The position numbers and the translations under genes are program-made. From Pirellulales bacterium (lineage in GTDB: Bacteria > Planctomycetota > Planctomycetia > Pirellulales > JAICIG01): 64,000 nt of DNA. The notes beneath the pieces were generated by a model. It did not search any database. It saw only the letters and a list, made by a program, of their open reading frames with translations, and was not told the DNA's origin. Of the stretch, positions 58,505-64,000 are shown piece by piece (within the stretch, counting starts at the first letter, position 1; each line of letters opens with the position of its first letter). The stretch lies in assembly GCA_035531595.1 (NCBI GenBank), contig DATKSN010000001.1, positions 40,533 to 104,532 on the forward strand, given 5' to 3'.

Positions 58505-59237
58505 CGATCCGAAACACATCCTGGTGGTCGAGGACGAGGGGCACCTGGCCATCGGCATCAAATACAACCTCGAAGCCGAGGGCTACCTGGCCAGTGTGGC
58601 CGGCGACGGGCCGACCGCGTTGAAGTTGCTCGAAGATTCACCCAAGCCGATCGACCTGGTGATTCTCGACCTGATGTTACCCGGCATGAGCGGCTATGCC
58701 GTCTGCAAGGCGTTGCGGCAGGCCGCGAACCAGGTGCCGGTGCTGATTCTGAGCGCCCGTACGCTTGCCGACGACCGCATTCGCGGCTACGACGTGGGGG
58801 CCGACCAATTCCTGCAAAAGCCGTTTGAGCTCGACGAACTGCTGGCGATGGTCCGCAGCTTGCTCGGCAGGCGGCTGCGCGGCGCGCCGGTGACGAGCGG
58901 CAAGCCTTTGGGCGACACGTTCGAGTTCGGCCGCGCGAAGCTCAACTTCGACACCTACGAAGTAACCGTCCATGGCCAGGAGTTGCGGCTGACCCCCATC
59001 GAGATGAATCTGGCGCGGTACTTCATCGAGAACGAGGGGCGGGTGCTCAGTCGCTCGGAACTGCTGGAGCACGTCTGGCGGCAGCCGAACATCGACACCA
59101 CGCGGACGGTCGACAACTTCGTGATGCGGCTGCGCAAGTGCTTCGAGGTCGATCCGGCGGACCCGCGGCACTTTTTGAGCGTCCGCGGCGCGGGCTACCG
59201 CTTCGTCGCGGAGGGCGACCCGCCGCCGACCGAATGA
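58497..59237 (+). CDS. OmpR/PhoB family response regulator
   Basis: ILVVEDE, ILDLMLP, GADQFLQKPF, TRTVDNFVMRLRK, SVRGAGYRF. Confidence 0.95.
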   Translation: MADDPKHILVVEDEGHLAIGIKYNLEAEGYLASVAGDGPTALKLLEDSPKPIDLVILDLMLPGMSGYAVCKALRQAANQVPVLILSARTLADDRIRGYDVGADQFLQKPFELDELLAMVRSLLGRRLRGAPVTSGKPLGDTFEFGRAKLNFDTYEVTVHGQELRLTPIEMNLARYFIENEGRVLSRSELLEHVWRQPNIDTTRTVDNFVMRLRKCFEVDPADPRHFLSVRGAGYRFVAEGDPPPTE

Positions 59238-59376
59238 TTCAACCCTCAAATGCGCGCCAAGCCGCGCGGTCTTGGCAGGCATTTTCGGATTCGCTGGCTT
59301 TTCCAGCGAGACCGGACCTTTCCGCGTTCGATGAACAAGGTGCCGCCGGTGAGTGGGAGAGACTTGCCGGTTGTTG

Positions 59377-59421
59377 AAGAAAAAGGGCCGCGGCGATTCC
59401 TTGCGGAGATCGCCGCGGCCC
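59377..59421 (-). terminator. Rho-independent terminator
   Basis: Perfect 13-bp stem GGGCCGCGGCGAT/ATCGCCGCGGCCC followed by TTTTTCTT on the minus strand. Confidence 0.75.
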
Positions 59422-59425
59422 GGTG

Positions 59426-59571
59426 GATCAAACCTTTCGCCGATTGCGACGGTGGAGTCGCTGCGAGAAGAACACGGATCGGGTTGTGCCGCGCACAGCC
59501 GTTTGATTGATCCGGGTCCACGCTCAATGGGTTTGGCACCTCCGACGGAATACGAGGCGAAAGGCTTGTTT
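59426..59571 (-). ncRNA. Candidate structured small RNA (6S-like rod)
   Basis: Closing helix AAGCCUUUCGCC/GGCGAAAGGUUU, inner stems and an apical hairpin, immediately before the terminator; lies between convergent genes. Confidence 0.3.
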
Positions 59572-59804
59572 CAAAAGTTCGAGCACACTTAGCATCGGCA
59601 AAATCAGCCCTTGGGTTCGGCGGAAAAACGGATTCAAGTACACCATGCTTTCCACCGAACCGCTCAGCCGATCCGCAACTCACCCGGTCCGCAACTCACC
59701 CGGTCCGCAACCCGATACTGGTATTCTACCCCAAGAACTCCGCCCAGGAAGCCTCGCCGCGCGAAAATTTTTTTCCAACCGTCCGTTTGAAGGCCGGTCA
59801 GGAT

Positions 59805-59881
59805 TAAGCGATGCCCCGGTCGCTATCGAGCCGGGGCATCGCTTAGGCTCTGCCCCAGCCACCGTGAATGTCACATTCTCG
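59805..59881 (+). mobile_element. Partial MITE-B with inverted loop
   Basis: TAAGCGATGCCCCGG-TCGCTATCGAG-CCGGGGCATCGCTTAGGCTCTGCCCCAGCCACCGTGAATG. Confidence 0.75.
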
Positions 59882-59882
59882 A

Positions 59883-60875
59883 TCATTTCCGCTCGACGAC
59901 CCAGATGTTCCGGAAATTCACCGGGTTGCCGTGGTTCTGCAATTGCAGGGGCCCGGTGGGGGCCTCATGGTTCCGCCCGCCCGCCGTCAAGTTGGGCAAC
60001 TCGAAATCCTGAAAGATCGCGACGCCGTTGTGCAGCAAGGTCACCCGCGCGTTGGCCGTCTTTTTTCCGGCGGCGTCGAACTTCGGGGCGGTGAAGTCGA
60101 AGTCGTAGGTCTGCCACGACAGCGGCGGAAAACACATGTTCACTCGCGGCGCCTTGATCGAGTAGATGCCGCCACACTCGTTGTTCTCGCCTTCCAGGCC
60201 GAACGAGTCGAGCACCTGGAATTCGTAGCAGTCGTGCAGGAAGACGCCGCTGTTGCCGCGGCCCTGACCGCCGGCGGTGGGCATGAACGGCGTGCGGAAT
60301 TCGAGGTGCATGTGGAAGCTACCGAACGACTGTTTGCTCTTCGTGCCGACCTGCAACAGGCCGTCGGGCGTCATTTTGCCCCCCTCGAAGGCGTCGGCGT
60401 TCTTGCCGTCGAACAGTACGACGGCCCCTTCCGGCGGCTTGGCGCCGAGCGTCGAACTCTTTCGTTCGATCTTCTTGAACTCGCCCAGCTTGTTGCCGCC
60501 TGAATCGGTAACCGTCAGCGCGCCATCCTTGATCTTGCCCAGGTGCCCGTCGTCGCCGGTGATGACCACCACGCCGTCCTTGGTCTCACCGTCGTGGGTC
60601 CGCTTTTTTTGGCCTTTCTCCCAACCGTCGCCCGGCAGTCCACCGGAGTAGACAACCGCGCGGAACTTGCCCTTGCCCAGCGCGATCACTTGCAGGCCGA
60701 ATTTCTTCGGGCCTTCGTTGGTTTTCAGTTCGCCCACGTATTCGCCCTGCGCGGCGAAATCGGGACCGGCCGCTTTGGCGTCGGTATAGGCCGGCGTGCC
60801 GTCGTCGGCCGCTTGGGCCAGTGCGGCCGAGGTCAACAGCAGCGCGGGCAAAATCAAGCTGAGGCGTCGAATCAT
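59883..60875 (-). CDS. DUF1080 (3-keto-disaccharide hydrolase-like) secreted protein
   Basis: Signal peptide; VVLFDGK, HLEFR, GNSGV, YEFQVLDS, WQTYD, LHNGV, LQNHGNPVNFRNIWV. Confidence 0.9.
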   Translation of the reverse strand: MIRRLSLILPALLLTSAALAQAADDGTPAYTDAKAAGPDFAAQGEYVGELKTNEGPKKFGLQVIALGKGKFRAVVYSGGLPGDGWEKGQKKRTHDGETKDGVVVITGDDGHLGKIKDGALTVTDSGGNKLGEFKKIERKSSTLGAKPPEGAVVLFDGKNADAFEGGKMTPDGLLQVGTKSKQSFGSFHMHLEFRTPFMPTAGGQGRGNSGVFLHDCYEFQVLDSFGLEGENNECGGIYSIKAPRVNMCFPPLSWQTYDFDFTAPKFDAAGKKTANARVTLLHNGVAIFQDFELPNLTAGGRNHEAPTGPLQLQNHGNPVNFRNIWVVERK

Positions 60876-60988
60876 GGGAAGGTCTCCATTATGCGGGGTT
60901 CGAGCGATGAAAGTGCTTTGCCAATTCGGCAGTTTCGTCATTGTGAAGCACCCCGCGGCCGGGTGCAAGCGCCCGCCGTAGGGCGGCG

Positions 60989-62026
60989 TTAATTTTTATT
61001 TTTTAGCATCGCCCGGACGACGAGGTTGGCGAACGTCTTTTGGGTTCTGTCGCTAACGAGCAAGTCCGAGAGGCTGAACGTGTAATCGAAAGGCTTGCTG
61101 TGGCTGATTCGTCTCTGCAACTCCGGCGTCAGGGCGCGAACGACGTAGACCGTCTTGACCCGAGGGTTCAGGTTCCGGTCGTTTTCGAACGACTTCATCG
61201 CGGCGCCGAGACGCTCGAGCGATCCAGCGGGGTCGGCGCCGGCTTTTACCTCGACCGAGAGTAACGGCAGACCCCTTGGATCGCGGAGCGAGACGTCGGG
61301 CTCGCTCGCGAAGCAGAGGTGATAGCCCCCTTTCAACCGCAAGATTCGAACATCCGCCACGCGGTCGATCAATTCGGTATGCATTTCGGGTGTGTAGTCG
61401 CTAGCCGTCGAATCGCGCCATGCGACCTGCTCCAGTTCCCCACGCAGGTGTTGAATCAGAATGGTGCGTATGGCTTCCTCCCCCGCGGCGCCAACGGCGT
61501 TGTTCCATGATCCTTGGATCGTCGCCCCGGCGCTGGCGAACTGGTATCCTGGCAAGTCGCGCGCGTCAATGTCCGCGGCGCCCTTCAGCATCGCCGAGAT
61601 GATGCTATTGAGGGTGATGACGATCTTCGAGATCGATTCGACGCTCAATCGCTGCGACCATCCGGCCTCGATGGCGGCCACGTTGCCGCCGACCAAAGCG
61701 CCCAAGCCCTTCTGCGAGATGAGCGCGACGGTTCGGTAGTAACGCAACAGTGCCGGCTGCTGTGAGAGGATCCTGGGGTGGCAGAACACCAGCAGAGGAT
61801 GGATTTGCTTTTCTTGCGCCCGTTCCCACGCGTGCGCCTCAATACCAAGGGATCTGGGATTCGACCAATCGAACCCGTTTTCGACGCGCACAAGTTTGGA
61901 AACTTCTTGAATCGCTTCCCAAAGGCGCAGTCCCCGAATCCGGCGAACGAAGAAGGTTGCGCGAAGGCTGTATTGCGCGAATTCATCCGACGCGAGCAGT
62001 TCATCGTGAAATTTCTTGATGTCCAT
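60989..62026 (-). CDS. Type II restriction endonuclease, XcyI-like
   Basis: LLRYYRTVALISQK, GSWNNAVG, FASEPDV...VEVKAG (PD-(D/E)xK), ERLGAAMKSF; adjacent to a methyltransferase. Confidence 0.7.
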   Translation of the reverse strand: MDIKKFHDELLASDEFAQYSLRATFFVRRIRGLRLWEAIQEVSKLVRVENGFDWSNPRSLGIEAHAWERAQEKQIHPLLVFCHPRILSQQPALLRYYRTVALISQKGLGALVGGNVAAIEAGWSQRLSVESISKIVITLNSIISAMLKGAADIDARDLPGYQFASAGATIQGSWNNAVGAAGEEAIRTILIQHLRGELEQVAWRDSTASDYTPEMHTELIDRVADVRILRLKGGYHLCFASEPDVSLRDPRGLPLLSVEVKAGADPAGSLERLGAAMKSFENDRNLNPRVKTVYVVRALTPELQRRISHSKPFDYTFSLSDLLVSDRTQKTFANLVVRAMLKNKN

Positions 62027-62044
62027 GCCGGTTTCCCGCGCGGG

Positions 62045-63472
62045 TCAATGTAATGATCGCCAAACATAGGCGCATTTTCGCAGCTCGTTGCGACCGTGCG
62101 CTCCCATTTGCTGGCTGCTGTTCCCCTTGCCGCGCCCCAACGTCCAGATATGTTCGGTCATCATTCCGGCGCGTGCCGCGAGGTCGCACAAGATCAAATC
62201 GACGGGGACCTCGTCCCCGGCATACTGGACATTGTCGTTAACCATGACGACGCGCCCCCCCGGCCGCAGAAGCCTGGCGAGTTCGAAGATGACGATGGCG
62301 GACTCCAGGAAGTAGTTGCGCACCATCCGCGGGACGTTGGTATTGTTCAACCGGCCTTCGCGGCTGTGTTCCTCGAGGCGGGCCAGGACCTCCTGCAGGG
62401 CCTCCTGCTCCTCGAACGCGACGAGCGCACGTTCAAAAAGGTCGAGGTTTCCGGTTCCAGCATGATGGGTGCGCAACTCGTCAACTTTAGCGCGGTTTTC
62501 AACGGTGCATGACAGCAGCGCCTGACGCAATTCCTTCAGCCGGCTCTGCCCAACTCCGAGGTACGCCAGCTCGAGCGCATAGGTCCGTGTGTAGTCGTAG
62601 CGATTGCAGTACGGAGGCGACGTCACGACCATGTCGAAGCTGGCCGGCTGGAATTCGGTCAGCATAGTCAAGCACGATCCTTGGTGTGTCTCGATTTGAC
62701 CGCGTTCCGCCCCGCCGGGCCTGCCGAAAAGGTCGGAGGCGTGCATGTCGGCGAGCATCGTCCGCAATTGGGCCATCACTGCCTGGCTGAAGCCTGGGAT
62801 CGGGCCCTTGTTGAACGGCTTGCCTTTCAAATCGCGCCGTGAGCGCTCATCCCAGCGCAGGTACTGGCCATCCTTTCGCGTAAAACTGACCGATTCGAGA
62901 ACGGCAAAGCACGCCGCCTCAAACAAAAGCCGAAGGTCGGGGACGTTCATCTCGTCCCGAACGTATGTCCGGTAGCTCGTGATTTCGCGCTCGGTGGCGT
63001 CGGCAAAGGCGTCCCTGGTGATCGTCAAATGGCGGAAGCCGAGTTCCGGATCACTATGGCGTTTCCAATCGCTGGCGGCAAACCGATCGACCGCCGCTCG
63101 GAACGCCTGGCGTGAAACCCGTTCAACCGCCTGACGCGCTTCGATGACGAAAATGCCCACCGGCAGCAGTTCAATTCCGGTGGCGTCCCAACCCAGGTCA
63201 CGGCTCGCGAACAACGCCGCCCCAGCACCCCCAAATGGATCGAGGAGCCGTCCCGGCTTTGGTGCGAATTCGCCCAACATGTACTCCACCAGCGCGGCCG
63301 AAAAACCCTCCTTGTACTTGAACCAACGGTAAAAGGGCCGCGCCCGGTTCGATTGGTAGCTTACAAGCTGTCGCGTCAGCGAGGGATTGACCGTAATCTT
63401 GTGGCGATACGCCTCGTGTAAAGCGAGTCTCTCGACATCAGTTGGTTGAGTGGCTGTGTTCGCGCGCCGCAT
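62045..63472 (-). CDS. N4-cytosine/N6-adenine DNA methyltransferase (motif I before motif IV)
   Basis: HRWFKY-like RWFKYKEGFS, LDPFGGAG, GIELLP, VTSPPY, LLRPGG. Confidence 0.88.
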   Translation of the reverse strand: MRRANTATQPTDVERLALHEAYRHKITVNPSLTRQLVSYQSNRARPFYRWFKYKEGFSAALVEYMLGEFAPKPGRLLDPFGGAGAALFASRDLGWDATGIELLPVGIFVIEARQAVERVSRQAFRAAVDRFAASDWKRHSDPELGFRHLTITRDAFADATEREITSYRTYVRDEMNVPDLRLLFEAACFAVLESVSFTRKDGQYLRWDERSRRDLKGKPFNKGPIPGFSQAVMAQLRTMLADMHASDLFGRPGGAERGQIETHQGSCLTMLTEFQPASFDMVVTSPPYCNRYDYTRTYALELAYLGVGQSRLKELRQALLSCTVENRAKVDELRTHHAGTGNLDLFERALVAFEEQEALQEVLARLEEHSREGRLNNTNVPRMVRNYFLESAIVIFELARLLRPGGRVVMVNDNVQYAGDEVPVDLILCDLAARAGMMTEHIWTLGRGKGNSSQQMGAHGRNELRKCAYVWRSLH

Positions 63473-63600
63473 GCGACCTCCTGCCTGGTGTTTTGTTCAG
63501 TTGCCATCATCACGTTTCCGCCAACCCTCGTCAAGCCCCCGCCAACTGGAAGTCGCAGGGCGCGGGTGGGCCTTGGCCAGCGCCGAACGCCGCTGGCCAG

Positions 63601-63731
63601 CCCGGATTATTCAGGGTCCGGGGAGGAACTCGCGCACTGTGCTGTAGCAGAATTCGCAAGAATTCTGGCGTAACTCGCGTCCACGGCCTGACTTCTTGCG
63701 AAGCCAGCTACGGGACCATGAATAATCCGGG
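63601..63731 (+). mobile_element. MITE-A (131 bp)
   Basis: CCAG duplication; followed by REP-2 at 63749-63768. Confidence 0.9.
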
Positions 63732-63772
63732 CCAGGAACGGTCACACGAACCCGCGGCGCAAGCAAGGTCAC

Positions 63773-64000
63773 TCAAGCCGCGTTGCTCGGCAGGCCGACT
63801 TCCATGCCTTCGCCGAAGTAGTACTTGCGAGCTTCGGCGTTGGCCAATACCTCTTGCGGGCTGCCGTGGCAAAGGACGCGGCCGCCCCGGATCACGTAGC
63901 TGCGATCGGTGATCTGCAGCGTTTCGCGCACCTGGTGGTCGGTGATCAGAATCGAAATACCGCTGGTACGCAGGGCGCGGATGATGTCTTGGATGCTGGC
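63773..64000 (-). CDS. lptB: LPS export ABC transporter ATPase, 3' part (runs off the window)
   Basis: GISILITDHQVRETLQITDRSYVI...GSPQEVLAN...RKYYFGE. Confidence 0.88.
   Translation of the reverse strand, partial: ASIQDIIRALRTSGISILITDHQVRETLQITDRSYVIRGGRVLCHGSPQEVLANAEARKYYFGEGMEVGLPSNAA

Noticed and set aside
59246-59683. 145-aa ORF in the convergent intergenic gap
   Set aside because: No recognisable motif, and it crosses a strong terminator and tandem repeat; probably spurious.
1-64000. tRNA/rRNA genes, prophage genes, integrase or full-length transposase
   Set aside because: None recognised in the window.

Overview
High-GC bacterial DNA with the hallmarks of a planctomycete (DUF4058, DUF1573, DUF1080 and DUF1015 genes, a stand-alone spdEFG1-type EF-G, and AACCCGCAGCGCAAGCAAGG-type REPs). 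Housekeeping and metabolic genes include ahcY, trpF, fusA, hppA, queG, a Prc-type protease, a two-component pair, an ECF sigma factor and the 3' end of lptB. Accessory cargo includes a TIGR04255 three-gene module, a type I R-M operon with an embedded AAA ATPase and an internally deleted DUF4276 gene, an XcyI-like type II R-M pair, and several TA loci whose toxins are truncated or absent. The window is rich in small repeats: a 131-bp MITE with 4-bp target-site duplications, a 156-bp TA-flanked MITE and three REP families. The best candidate for an undescribed system is 26287-31591. It has two tandem cassettes, each a signal-peptide plus double-glycine-leader precursor with a 13-Cys core followed by a paralogous membrane-anchored partner. 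These are followed by a DUF1573 protein and a stand-alone, signal-peptide-bearing C39 peptidase. All family calls come from motif recognition by eye; no database searches were run.
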